The notes below the pieces were generated by a model. That model did not search any database, was not told where the DNA came from, and saw only the letters and a list, made by a program, of their open reading frames with translations. Shown in pieces: positions 27,175-37,118 of a DNA stretch of 64,000 nt. The DNA comes from Vicinamibacteria bacterium (GTDB lineage Bacteria > Acidobacteriota > Vicinamibacteria > Vicinamibacterales > UBA8438): positions 53,759 to 117,758 of the forward strand of contig CAUZDY010000004.1 of NCBI GenBank assembly GCA_963578805.1, in the 5' to 3' direction. The translations under genes were made by a program, and so were the position numbers. Within the stretch, counting starts at the first letter, position 1. Every line of letters starts with the position of its first letter.

Positions 27175-29028
27175 TCAGACGGAGGAGCGCCCGAGCCACG
27201 CCTCGGCCACAAGCACGAGCAACATCGCCAGCACGGCGTACCACCAGTAGCTTTGTTCGGATTCCCGAGTCGCCTCTCGCCGGTGAGCAACCCCGATGAG
27301 TTCTCCCGACTCTCGAACATGGACATGACTCAGGAATGTATCAACGCTCAAACCGGTCGTCTCGGATTCCCGGGGGTCGACGTTGACGACGACACGCCGT
27401 CCGGAACCAGGTAACGTTGCTGGACCAGGCTGTGGCTCGAGGCCGAAGGGGACATCAGTCACGGTCAGTTCTCGAGGCTTCTCCCTGTCGGCCGCGAGAT
27501 ACTGGACCAGCTCGTAGACGAACGGGAGAAACGTAGGACGCCTGGGAAAATCATTCCAATCGTTGTTCAGATCTGTCGCGAAGACGACCGCCCTTCCCTG
27601 GTGCACGGCGTACTCGGCAAGTGCAGCCGTTCCGTCTTCGAATCGAGCGAGCACCCGAGCGCCGGGAGTCTCGACGACATGCAGCGCTCGTTGCACGCGT
27701 ACCTGTCCCAAAGTGCCGACGAAACCGCCAAACGGATAAAATATCGGGTGTCTCGGGTCGACCACTGAAAAACTGGTCGCGACCTCAGCATCCATCGGCT
27801 CAAGAATCAGTGGCAGATCGTCTCCGAGAATATCAGTCACAAGTTGTGGCTCTAAGGTTGGACCGGCGACGACCATCACGCCACCACCGTCAGCCGCATA
27901 CGCGGCGATCTGCTTGCGGCCCGCTCGGTTAAGACCCTGGGTCCCGATGATCACGATAACTTCGAGACCAGAAAGCTCACGCGTCGCCACAACATCCGGC
28001 GCGATCGCGACGACCTCAAAATGATGCTCGCCCTCGCCCGCCGATAACGCCCTCTCCAAATAGAAGGCCCCCGCTCCGATACGTCCCCCGTTCGTAACGA
28101 CTCCTATGGTCGCCGGCGATGGCGGGTCGAGAATCAGGTAGCGTCGATCGTCTGCAGGGACCCCCTCCGAATCATCTACGGTCAACTGCAGTGCGCCGGT
28201 TGACGGTAGATCGACATTGAGGTTCACTTCGGTAGAACCGCGCCGTGCGAGCACCTCGTCCGTGGTCAATAACCGTCCATCGTGGTGAAGCGATACGATT
28301 GTTGACCGCTCCGTCCCGCTGTTGAATATCACCGCGGAAACCCCACGTGGGTCTGCCTTCATTGAGGTCACCGCAAGGTTCGCCCCGCTGGGGGCGACAC
28401 TAGATACCTCCACGACGACACCGGGCGGTACGGCAACGTCAGAAGTTCGCTCCCATCCTGTCTCCTGCAGATCGGTAACCACGACAATCCGACCTGCTCG
28501 AGAGCCAAACATCTCGGCCGCCGTATCCACAGCGGCTGCGAAACGAGTGGCGCCTGACCCCGGCGTGACATCTGCCAGTCGCGCCACGACGGCGGAGCGG
28601 TCGAGCGTCGCGTCGCAAGCAACTCTGGCCTGATGGTCGAACACCACCAGACCAACAACGTGATCAGGAGGAGCGTTCACAACAGCTGCAGTCGCCGCCG
28701 CGCGGGCACGCTGAAACGCCTCCGGTCCACCCATGCTGAACGACCGATCGAGCACGACAACGGTCAGGTCCCGTGACAGCGCCCCCGAGACGTCTAAGAA
28801 CGGTCGAGTAAACGCCAAGACCAAGAATAGAAGGGCGGCGATACGAAGGATTAGCAGTAATAGCTCTCGAAATCGACGGCGGCTCGTTTGCAAGACAGGC
28901 GCCTTCCCTAGAAGACGGATGTCACTGAACGCAACTCGTGGCGCTGCCTCACGCTTCCAAAGATGAAGCATGACCGGCACGCCAATGGCCAGCGCACCGA
29001 TGAAGAACGCGGGGAAAAGGAATGACAT
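27175..29028 (-). CDS. BatA N-terminal plus vWA domain protein
   Basis: MSFLFP...PVMLHL BatA start, LDRSFSM MIDAS, VTDLQ. Confidence 0.85.
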   Translation of the reverse strand: MSFLFPAFFIGALAIGVPVMLHLWKREAAPRVAFSDIRLLGKAPVLQTSRRRFRELLLLILRIAALLFLVLAFTRPFLDVSGALSRDLTVVVLDRSFSMGGPEAFQRARAAATAAVVNAPPDHVVGLVVFDHQARVACDATLDRSAVVARLADVTPGSGATRFAAAVDTAAEMFGSRAGRIVVVTDLQETGWERTSDVAVPPGVVVEVSSVAPSGANLAVTSMKADPRGVSAVIFNSGTERSTIVSLHHDGRLLTTDEVLARRGSTEVNLNVDLPSTGALQLTVDDSEGVPADDRRYLILDPPSPATIGVVTNGGRIGAGAFYLERALSAGEGEHHFEVVAIAPDVVATRELSGLEVIVIIGTQGLNRAGRKQIAAYAADGGGVMVVAGPTLEPQLVTDILGDDLPLILEPMDAEVATSFSVVDPRHPIFYPFGGFVGTLGQVRVQRALHVVETPGARVLARFEDGTAALAEYAVHQGRAVVFATDLNNDWNDFPRRPTFLPFVYELVQYLAADREKPRELTVTDVPFGLEPQPGPATLPGSGRRVVVNVDPRESETTGLSVDTFLSHVHVRESGELIGVAHRREATRESEQSYWWYAVLAMLLVLVAEAWLGRSSV

Positions 29029-29066
29029 CGACCTGAACTATCGGCGAGGAATCCTGACTCCTCACT

Positions 29067-29975
29067 TCAATATAACTGACTACGGGCTGACAAATAGGCG
29101 TGTAACGCGAGATCGAGGGGCTTCGAGGTATCGACGAGCCGGTAGTCGATACCGTTCAGTCGTAGCTCACGAGTGTAGAACGCAATGAGGTCTTCGACCC
29201 GTTCGAGATAGTCCCCGCGGATCGCGGATGGCACGGCCTGCACCTCTTGACCCGTCTCAAGGTCCTCAAAGCGCGAGACACCCTCGAACGGGAACGTTAG
29301 TTCGGCGTGATCCAGTACGTGAAATACAACCACGTCGGTCCCCCGAAAGCGCAAACGCCTTAGGCCGTCGACTACTCGCTCCGGCTCGTCGAGCAAGTCT
29401 GAAATCAAAACCACCATCCCGCGGCGTGACAGCGCGTCGGCGAGACGGATGAGCGGCTTTGCCAGGTTCGACCCGCGGCCAGTCTCGACCCTGTCAAGCT
29501 CCAGGAGTACCCGCCTCAAGTGCTCCGGTCTCACGCTCGCCTCAAGCTGCTTCAGCACCCGTTCGGCAAAGACGATCAGGCCAACCGCGTCGTTCTGACG
29601 GTTCATGAGGTAGGCCAGTGATGCCGCCAGATACGACGCATACTCCTGTTTACTGATTGCGGTTGAGCTGTACCCCATCGATCCGGACACATCGAGGAGT
29701 AGATGACACTCGAGATTGGTCTCTTCCTTAAACTTTTTTACGTAGTACCGATCGCTCCGCGCGTAGACCTTCCAATCGATCAGCGAGACGTCGTCGCCCG
29801 GCATGTATTGCCGATATTCAGAAAACTCAACGCTGCAACCTGTGTGAGGACTTCGATGCAGGCCAATGAGGAACCCCTCGACAACGGTTCGGGCTCGAAG
29901 CTCCATCGAGCCAATCCGCGCCACAACCTGCGGGTCAAGGTACCGCAGCTCGTTGGCGCGAGGAGCGGTGGTCAT
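29067..29975 (-). CDS. DUF58 (vWA-like) protein
   Basis: G.HRSP..G.SVEFSEYRQY.PGDD...IDWKVYAR, LDVSGSM. Confidence 0.92.
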   Translation of the reverse strand: MTTAPRANELRYLDPQVVARIGSMELRARTVVEGFLIGLHRSPHTGCSVEFSEYRQYMPGDDVSLIDWKVYARSDRYYVKKFKEETNLECHLLLDVSGSMGYSSTAISKQEYASYLAASLAYLMNRQNDAVGLIVFAERVLKQLEASVRPEHLRRVLLELDRVETGRGSNLAKPLIRLADALSRRGMVVLISDLLDEPERVVDGLRRLRFRGTDVVVFHVLDHAELTFPFEGVSRFEDLETGQEVQAVPSAIRGDYLERVEDLIAFYTRELRLNGIDYRLVDTSKPLDLALHAYLSARSQLY

Positions 29976-29976
29976 G

Positions 29977-30978
29977 TCACATCCCGCTGTGAGGCTGGGG
30001 TACGGTGTCGAGCAGGCGCGCGATGACAGTCTCCTGATCGACGCCTTCTGACTCGGCAAGAAAGTTGATGATGATCCGGTGTCGTAAAGTGGGATAAGCG
30101 AGGGCGCGCACGTCCCCCACTGACACGTGGTAGCGTCCCTGCATGAGCGCCCGCGCCTTCCCTCCTAGTATCAGCGCCTGGGACGCTCGAAGGCCTGCGC
30201 CCCACCTAACCCATTTCTCGACGAACTCTGGCGTGTTCCCGCGACCTGGGCGCGACGCGTCAACGAGGCGAACCGCATATCGGGCGACCTCATCCGACAC
30301 AATAACCTGGCGAACCAGCCGCTGAAACTCCAATACGTCATGACCGTCGAGTATACGATTCGGAGAACCTGCCTTGTCGGATGTCGTGGTCGTTACCACG
30401 CGCACTTCATCGTCCTCCTCAAGATACGACATCACCGCGTTGAACATGAACCGTGACAGCTGGGCCTCTGGGAGCGGATAGGTCCCCTCTAGCTCGATCG
30501 GATTCTGCGTAGCAAGAACCAAAAACGGCCGCTCGAGTTCGTAGGTTCTCCCAGCGGAGGTCACGTGATACTCCTGCATCGCTTCCAATAGCGCAGCCTG
30601 GGTTTTAGGTGGGGTTCGGTTGATTTCGTCGGCCAACAAAATCTGAGCGAACACAGGACCCTTCACAAACCGGAGATAGCGATGCCCGTCCTCCTCCTCA
30701 AGCACATCTGTGCCTGTGATGTCCGCAGGCATCAAATCCGGTGTGAACTGGATCCGATTGAACGACAGATGGAGGACATCGGCGAGCGTCTTGACCAGCA
30801 GCGTCTTGGCCAGTCCAGGCACCCCGGTGATCAGGCAGTGCCCGCCCGTGAACAGCGCCGTCAGCACCAGCTCAACGACATCATCCTGCCCGATGATGAC
30901 CTTACGGAGCTCGGCGAGAATCTGCTCTCGACCTCGTGTCACACGATCAGCAATGTCCGCTGCGCTTGATGATTCCAT
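29977..30978 (-). CDS. moxR: MoxR-family AAA+ ATPase
   Basis: GVPGLAKT, RIQFTPDLMPADITG, LADEINRTPPKTQAALLEAMQE, ATQNPIE. Confidence 0.95.
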   Translation of the reverse strand: MESSSAADIADRVTRGREQILAELRKVIIGQDDVVELVLTALFTGGHCLITGVPGLAKTLLVKTLADVLHLSFNRIQFTPDLMPADITGTDVLEEEDGHRYLRFVKGPVFAQILLADEINRTPPKTQAALLEAMQEYHVTSAGRTYELERPFLVLATQNPIELEGTYPLPEAQLSRFMFNAVMSYLEEDDEVRVVTTTTSDKAGSPNRILDGHDVLEFQRLVRQVIVSDEVARYAVRLVDASRPGRGNTPEFVEKWVRWGAGLRASQALILGGKARALMQGRYHVSVGDVRALAYPTLRHRIIINFLAESEGVDQETVIARLLDTVPQPHSGM

Positions 30979-31039
30979 GACCACAGTCGTCTCGTGAGTA
31001 TGACATCCCACTGCGAATAGGGATGTCATACCCACAGCG

Positions 31040-31834
31040 CTAATGTGTCAAGGCGTAAACGATTTCGTTGATGATCATTCGATACGACTGGGCGGTGTAC
31101 TGAATGTAGGCTGGGTACTCCTCGGCGTTCGACCATTCCCAGCCGTCACCCATGTCGGTGTTGTAGTTAAGGAAGACCATTACTCGACCGTCGTCATCCA
31201 AGATTCCGTGCAACTGCGACTCGTAGCCGCCCTTCTCCCAGGTCACGTTGTTAAAGAACGACCCCAGACCCGGAATCTGCGGATATCGATCAAGGTCATA
31301 AAAGCAACTAAATACGGGATGATCTAGGTCGAGTCGGACAATCGCTCGGTCGGGAAAGACCCGACCGAGCTGATGTTCGACAAGATCCCATTCGACCGGG
31401 CCGTGAAAATCGTCAAATGTCGCGGTGCCGCCACGCAGGAGGAATTCACGAAGAATACCGACCTCTGGATCGGTGAACTCCACGTTCGCTGGCTCGACGA
31501 AGTAGATCCACGGGTGTTCCCACAGCTCGGGGTCGGCCAATTCCAGGACCACCGGTTCCTCTACCTTTATCGTGGTCACTGTCGCCATCCGGCGAGAGAG
31601 ATTTTGTTCGGCGACTGGACCATCGATGATCCACGGGTCACTCCAGTAGGTCTGTCTGAACTGCTGCAGGCGACCAGGGTCCGAGCTGTATCGGATGCGC
31701 ACGAACGTCCACTTGAGACCGACGAGCCGGTCGTCACCGAGCCGAGGGGGACGAAGCTCCTGGGTAGCAGGTTGGACCACAGTCGTCAGTAGTAAAAGCA
31801 AAATGAATGCCGCGACCGAAACCAGCCGGATCAA
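31040..31834 (-). CDS. DUF4159 domain protein, secreted
   Basis: LREFLLRGG..TFDDF, HPVFSCFY, NTDMGDGWE, ends YALTH. Confidence 0.88.
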   Translation of the reverse strand: MIRLVSVAAFILLLLLTTVVQPATQELRPPRLGDDRLVGLKWTFVRIRYSSDPGRLQQFRQTYWSDPWIIDGPVAEQNLSRRMATVTTIKVEEPVVLELADPELWEHPWIYFVEPANVEFTDPEVGILREFLLRGGTATFDDFHGPVEWDLVEHQLGRVFPDRAIVRLDLDHPVFSCFYDLDRYPQIPGLGSFFNNVTWEKGGYESQLHGILDDDGRVMVFLNYNTDMGDGWEWSNAEEYPAYIQYTAQSYRMIINEIVYALTH

Positions 31835-34359
31835 GGCTCCCCCTCAACCGCACGCAGGAGGAGCTCCTGTGCCCGTTCGTAGGTGGGCGCGATTTCGAGG
31901 GCACTGAGCACCGCGTGCTTGGCTGCGTCAGACCGTCCGGCGAGCAGCAGACTCTCGGCAAGGTCACAGTACACACCAACCCGGTCGACCGGCCCTATGG
32001 CCAACGTGACCTCGAACTCGAAGATCGCCTGGTCTACGTCTCCCCCAGCCAACGCCATGCGACCCAATGCGTGGTGAGAGACCGGATCGAAGGGATCAAT
32101 TCCGATCACGCGGTCGTATGCCAGGGCCATGCGTGCCTGGTCACCGGCCTCCTCGGAGAGCGCGGCCAAATCGCGAACGGCTTCGATTGATGTCGCGTCG
32201 TACTCAAGGAGCCGCTCTAGCTCTCGCATCGCGCGTTCCCGATCTCCAAGCTCCTGCGCAATCCCAGCCATAACGCCGCGTGGACTCTCGATCCCAGTGG
32301 CTTGAGGCGCGAGGTTCGCCGCACGCTCGAGGAACTCGAGCGCATCCATGAGTTCCCCAGCGGCCCGGAGGGCCATCCCATACGAGAACTGCGCCGGGTA
32401 GCTCTCGGGGTGCTCTACCGCCAGCCGTCCGAGTTCAGCAATGCCGTCCTCAGACCCGGGATCAGGTGCCGGTCCGTTCGGCGGACGCAACGCGCGACGC
32501 AGGTCGCCGAACTCTTGCTCCACCGCTTCGTCGAAGCTCGCCTGCAGCGTGTCAAAGCTCAATCCGATACGCGCCAGAGCCTCATCAGTCTCGACCCCGT
32601 CGGCGTAGGCCTTAACCAACTCCTGAAGCTTCGGTTCACCGTGGGTGTCTACGATATGCTCGACCAGCACGGATGCCTGAAAGTACGACATCGATATCGT
32701 TGCCGGTCGCGAGAATCCACTATTCAGCTCGCGGATCGGAAGAATCGCGCCGTCGTTGAGGGCGTGGGCAAAGGACATCGCTTGGTCCCGCCCCCATTCG
32801 AGTCGCTTCCGCTTTTCCTCGTACGTTGAGATGCCCTCACTGAGCCATCGTGGCAGGCGGTTACCCGACATCTGAAGTGTGATCACATGCGCGATTTCAT
32901 GCCAGAGAGTCGACCGCCAGTTGAAAGCACCAGGTGGGAGCGCGCGGGGCGAATCCATCGTCACGACCCGGCCAAAACAGGCGCCCAATGCCCCAATCAT
33001 GCCCGGTAGTCCGAGGTTCCGCACGGCGAAATCGTCATGACGTGGAAACACCTCGATCAGGATCGGACCAGCGACGTCGATGCCGTAGCGAGCCGACAAC
33101 TCGTCAAGCGCCTCCTGAGCGAGGGCGAGCACATACTCACTTAGTACCGCAGCCTCATCGCGATGCAGCCGAAGAATCACGTCGCCACGCTCGAACGTCT
33201 GGAATTCGTCAAGCGTGTCCATCATGTTCAGCAGATTAAAGGTAATCAAATTAAACGGATCGTCGGCAAATGCCTGCTCCAGAGCTTCACGCGCACCCCG
33301 CTCGTCCCCAGTTCTCAGCAGGTGCATAGCCAGTTCGGCATGAATTCGAGGGTTGTTCGGGTCGAGCTCGACCGCGCGCCGAACGAGAGCCACCGCCTCA
33401 TCGAATCGATAGGCACGGGCGCTATGGCTCCCGACGATCCGATAAATGTCACCGTAGCCAGGGTTAATCTCAAGAACACGGGCCACCTCCGTCTCGAAGG
33501 CATTAACACGATCCTCCAGATACGCCATGGCGGCAACCAACGCCCGTGACTCAAGGCTGGCTGGATTAATCTCAAGAGCGCGTTCCACCGACGCTCGTGC
33601 AGCGTCGACGTTGCGATCGCCAAGCTCCAGTTCGGCAAGAAACAGATGAGCCTCGACGAACGTCGGGTTAATCTTCAGCGCTCGCTCGGCCGAGGCGCGT
33701 GCCTCCGGCGGATTCTCGTTAACTAGTGAAAGCGCCAGACCAAGATGTGCGGGGGCCCACTGGTTATCAAGGTTCAATGCCTCTCGAAACGATTGAACGG
33801 CGTCGGCACGGTTGTATTTTTCAAGAAAAAGCTCCGCCCACGCCGTCTGCACGGCCGGGTCGCTTGGCGAGGCTGCGGAGGCATCCCGAAAGAAGGCATT
33901 CGCATCCCGATAGCGGCCAAGTGCGCGCGACGCAAGCCCTCCTCGGTAGAAGTCAAGCCCACGGCGGGAACCCACCGCGGCATCGATCACAGCCTGAAAG
34001 TACTCGGCCGCCTCCGCGGACCTCCCCGTCCGGGTGAGTAACCGCGCGAACTCTAGCCCGGCGACGGTCGCGGGATTCGCCTCGGCGATCGGTGCGACAA
34101 GGGTTTCGGCATCACGATACTGGCCACTCAGCATCAGGACCCGGGCTCGCAGAGCCACCGCGGAAGGGTCATCGTCTGGACGGGTCGACGCCAGTACGAT
34201 CGCTTCATCGTGTAGGCCGTGCGCCAGCGCAGCCATGGCTTGTTCATGAAACTGCTGTTCCTGACCCAGCGTGAATCGAGGTTGAGCCTGAAGGCTCACG
34301 CCGTCCAAGTAGCCGAGGAGAATGACGGACGCACACAGCAGGCGCGCTGAATCGGTCAC
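31831..34359 (-). CDS. TPR-repeat protein with central gluzincin (peptidase MA-like) domain
   Basis: Signal peptide, many TPRs, HEIAH followed by PRWLSEGIS. Confidence 0.88.
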   Translation of the reverse strand: MTDSARLLCASVILLGYLDGVSLQAQPRFTLGQEQQFHEQAMAALAHGLHDEAIVLASTRPDDDPSAVALRARVLMLSGQYRDAETLVAPIAEANPATVAGLEFARLLTRTGRSAEAAEYFQAVIDAAVGSRRGLDFYRGGLASRALGRYRDANAFFRDASAASPSDPAVQTAWAELFLEKYNRADAVQSFREALNLDNQWAPAHLGLALSLVNENPPEARASAERALKINPTFVEAHLFLAELELGDRNVDAARASVERALEINPASLESRALVAAMAYLEDRVNAFETEVARVLEINPGYGDIYRIVGSHSARAYRFDEAVALVRRAVELDPNNPRIHAELAMHLLRTGDERGAREALEQAFADDPFNLITFNLLNMMDTLDEFQTFERGDVILRLHRDEAAVLSEYVLALAQEALDELSARYGIDVAGPILIEVFPRHDDFAVRNLGLPGMIGALGACFGRVVTMDSPRALPPGAFNWRSTLWHEIAHVITLQMSGNRLPRWLSEGISTYEEKRKRLEWGRDQAMSFAHALNDGAILPIRELNSGFSRPATISMSYFQASVLVEHIVDTHGEPKLQELVKAYADGVETDEALARIGLSFDTLQASFDEAVEQEFGDLRRALRPPNGPAPDPGSEDGIAELGRLAVEHPESYPAQFSYGMALRAAGELMDALEFLERAANLAPQATGIESPRGVMAGIAQELGDRERAMRELERLLEYDATSIEAVRDLAALSEEAGDQARMALAYDRVIGIDPFDPVSHHALGRMALAGGDVDQAIFEFEVTLAIGPVDRVGVYCDLAESLLLAGRSDAAKHAVLSALEIAPTYERAQELLLRAVEGEP

Positions 34360-34419
34360 TGCAATTGATTATAGCTACGTCGGCCTGGCACGCATGTACT
34401 CATCCGCGCCCCAGCAACC

Positions 34420-35094
34420 TCAAGCGTCTGAGCGGTTCTTCTGAAAGGTCACCAACGACCAAAGCTTGGGAACGTTAACTCGCTCGATCGAGAGCGGCTC
34501 AAACCCCGACTGGGCTATAAAACCAGGCAGGTCGACGTCGGCCTTGAAGCCGATGTGCACTGTGAGGGGGGAGATCAGTCGCTCGGCCCGCGACAACAGG
34601 GGATTCTCGCTCAAAAAGTGGTTAAGCACCACGACATGCCCGCCCACCCGACACACGCGGTGCATCTCACGAACAACTCTGACCGGATCGGGTACGACGC
34701 TAATGACGTAAGGCGCATAGACGAGGTCAAACGACTCGTCGTCAAACTCGAGATCGGCGGCATCCATTTTGACCAGTTCAACGTTGCTGACGCCATGGTC
34801 GGCAAGTCGCCGTGTGGCCTTCCTCAGCATCGACGACGAAAAGTCGATGCCGGTGATGCGGCAATGCTTGGGATAGAGCAGAGCGTTGATCCCTGTGCCG
34901 ACACCTACCTCAAGAACGCTATCACCGGGAGTGATCGGGAGGCGGGGCATCGCCTCCAGACGCCCAGCATGGAGCGTGGGCCCAAAGAAGTAGTCGTACC
35001 ACGAAGAAATGTCAGCGTAGACTTCTCTGACAAATTCGTTCTCGACGTCCGTGACCGACAAAGCGCGGTGTGCAGGATCCGATGACGCCAACAC
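34420..35094 (-). CDS. Class I SAM methyltransferase, PmtA-like (phospholipid N-methyltransferase)
   Basis: VLEVGVGTG, GIDFS..ML, YVISVVPDP, VLNHF; start uncertain. Confidence 0.82.
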   Translation of the reverse strand: MLASSDPAHRALSVTDVENEFVREVYADISSWYDYFFGPTLHAGRLEAMPRLPITPGDSVLEVGVGTGINALLYPKHCRITGIDFSSSMLRKATRRLADHGVSNVELVKMDAADLEFDDESFDLVYAPYVISVVPDPVRVVREMHRVCRVGGHVVVLNHFLSENPLLSRAERLISPLTVHIGFKADVDLPGFIAQSGFEPLSIERVNVPKLWSLVTFQKNRSDA

Positions 35095-35154
35095 TCCGCC
35101 GTTCTGTCCTGAGTCACCACCTTGGAGCAGCGATATCAAATAGTTCCGGCCCTT

Positions 35155-35214
35155 CTTAACCCGCTTAACCCACTTAACCCGGAAGACTATAGCGTGTCGT
35201 GTTATCGACCGCAA
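35155..35214 (-). promoter_or_regulatory. Sigma70 promoter followed by three 9-bp direct repeats
   Basis: Minus strand TTGCGG, 17 nt, TATAGT (35214-35186), then (C/T)GGGTTAAG x3 (35181-35155). Confidence 0.6.
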
Positions 35215-35761
35215 GATCGTCAGACTGGTTGGGTCGCAATCGCGGCAACCTCCCAGTTGTGATTCTGTATCGTACCGCAACAACCATTCACAAACCTACC
35301 CCGAGACGGATAAAACGTCGTGCGTAGGGCGCCAAACAGTCGGGTAATGACATAAATATCGTCCGTTTTTCTACCTGTCTGGGAATTCCGCGTTGGACTG
35401 AGCGGCAAGCGGTACCGCCGTCTCCCCGTGTATCGACTGGACAGTCTCCAGCATGGTAGCCGGTCCGGCGCCACAGTTCACTCCAAATTAACTGAGGCGC
35501 CGGCAGCGACCACTCGTGTGATAGACCTCTCGGGACTCGCGCCGTCGGAAGTAGTATCCCGGCACGTTCGGTGGATTCGCTCGACTAAGCCCAGAGTAAG
35601 AACATTCAGAGCGTCAAACGAACGGTTCAGAAATACCCCATACGTGTAGGGCATGGTCCCGATTGCCCCATTACAGACAGGCATACGCGCGTTCGATCGC
35701 ACTTGAGAAAGATTATATCTCGTAAGTTCTTTAATTATAACATCTTGGAAGATATCTTCGT

Positions 35762-35791
35762 TTGACAGTGTGCCAGACCGATCGCTATAGT
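35762..35791 (+). promoter_or_regulatory. Sigma70 promoter of the histidine kinase gene
   Basis: TTGACA, 18 nt, TATAGT, 8 nt before the GTG start. Confidence 0.7.
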
Positions 35792-35799
35792 GACACCAG

Positions 35800-37116
35800 G
35801 TGCCACAGGAAGCCCGTTTTCTCACGGCGGCCCAGTTCCTACTGACAACCCTAGTCGTAAAACTGGCGGTGGTAGCCACGCTGGCCACAATGCTGGTCAG
35901 GTTCCGGCAGTTCAAACGCATTTTGTTAACCGAGAAGCGAGCCTGGCGCGAGCGGCTCATCTTCGCGTTTAGTCTTGGTATTCCCCTGAGCGGCGGAGTC
36001 GCCGCCAGACTCCTTCTGAACTACGACGCCGGCGACCTCTCACTCGCCGGGTCATTTCTCGCGGGTCTTATCGCTGGACCCTACGCTGGTGCGATTGTGG
36101 GGGCCCTGACGGGAACGCCGGCGCTCATCGCAGGCGAGGCGATCGCGATGCCGTTCGCGGTCGGGTGTGGTTTCGCAGGCGGCGGACTGCGCGAGGTCTG
36201 CCCCAAAGACGCGATTTGGCATTTCTCGCCATTGTTTTTCATCGATCTGAACCGTCACGCCTGGCGCATGATCCGTTTCAAGCTGGACTGGCTCATGATT
36301 CTTCTCGCCGCACCGATCGGACTCGAGCTACTGAGACAAGCACTTGGCGCGCGCTTCGGCGACCATCTTTTCTACATGGCACCGCTCAATGTCTGGCTGG
36401 GTGTCTTGGTCATCCTGGCCACGGTCCTCAGCGTGGCGATCCCGATCAAAATTTGGAACACGGCACGGATCGAGCATCGCCTTCAGGAGCAAGAAAAGCT
36501 GCTGATGTCGTCCCGTGTCGAGGCTCTGGCAAACCAGATCAATCCGCACTTCTTGTTCAACACTCTCGCTTCGATTTCATCGCTCATTCGGTCTCAACCG
36601 GAGACCGCCCGTACGCTGATCGTCAAGCTGTCCGGGCTACTTCGGCGTCTATTGAAGAGCCAAGAACAGTTCGTGACATTGAAGGAAGAACTTGCGTCGA
36701 TTGACGAGTACCTCGACATCGAGACTGTCCGTTTCGGCCCGACCCTAGTGGTCAAGAAAGACATCAGCCCCGATAGTCTCGACCTCATCATGCCCAGTAT
36801 GTTGCTGCAACCGCTCGTCGAGAACGCTATCAAGCACGGCATCGGACAGAAGATTGGAGGGGGCCAGATCACGATCCGAAGCCGCCGAGAGCCTGGTCAA
36901 ACCGTGATCGAGGTTGTGGACAACGGCAGCGGTATGAACGAGGCCGAGCTTGACCCTCGCCAGTCTGGCGGGATTGGACTACGCAACGTCGATGAGCGGT
37001 TGCGGGTAATCTACGGCGCGGACTACCATCTCAAAATTGAGAGTTCACGCGGTCAGGGTACGTGCACCCGTATACAGATCCCCGAACTCGATGTACCGCA
37101 GAGCGCCTCCGCCTAA
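35800..37116 (+). CDS. LytS/YehU-type sensor histidine kinase
   Basis: QINPHFLFNTL, LQPLVENAIKHG, DNGSG, GIGLRNV; N-terminal TMs. Confidence 0.93.
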   Translation: MPQEARFLTAAQFLLTTLVVKLAVVATLATMLVRFRQFKRILLTEKRAWRERLIFAFSLGIPLSGGVAARLLLNYDAGDLSLAGSFLAGLIAGPYAGAIVGALTGTPALIAGEAIAMPFAVGCGFAGGGLREVCPKDAIWHFSPLFFIDLNRHAWRMIRFKLDWLMILLAAPIGLELLRQALGARFGDHLFYMAPLNVWLGVLVILATVLSVAIPIKIWNTARIEHRLQEQEKLLMSSRVEALANQINPHFLFNTLASISSLIRSQPETARTLIVKLSGLLRRLLKSQEQFVTLKEELASIDEYLDIETVRFGPTLVVKKDISPDSLDLIMPSMLLQPLVENAIKHGIGQKIGGGQITIRSRREPGQTVIEVVDNGSGMNEAELDPRQSGGIGLRNVDERLRVIYGADYHLKIESSRGQGTCTRIQIPELDVPQSASA

Positions 37117-37118
37117 TC

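Noticed and set aside
35257-35293. Rex operator (TTGTGA...TTCACAA)
   Set aside because: Half-sites are far too widely spaced for the Rex palindrome.
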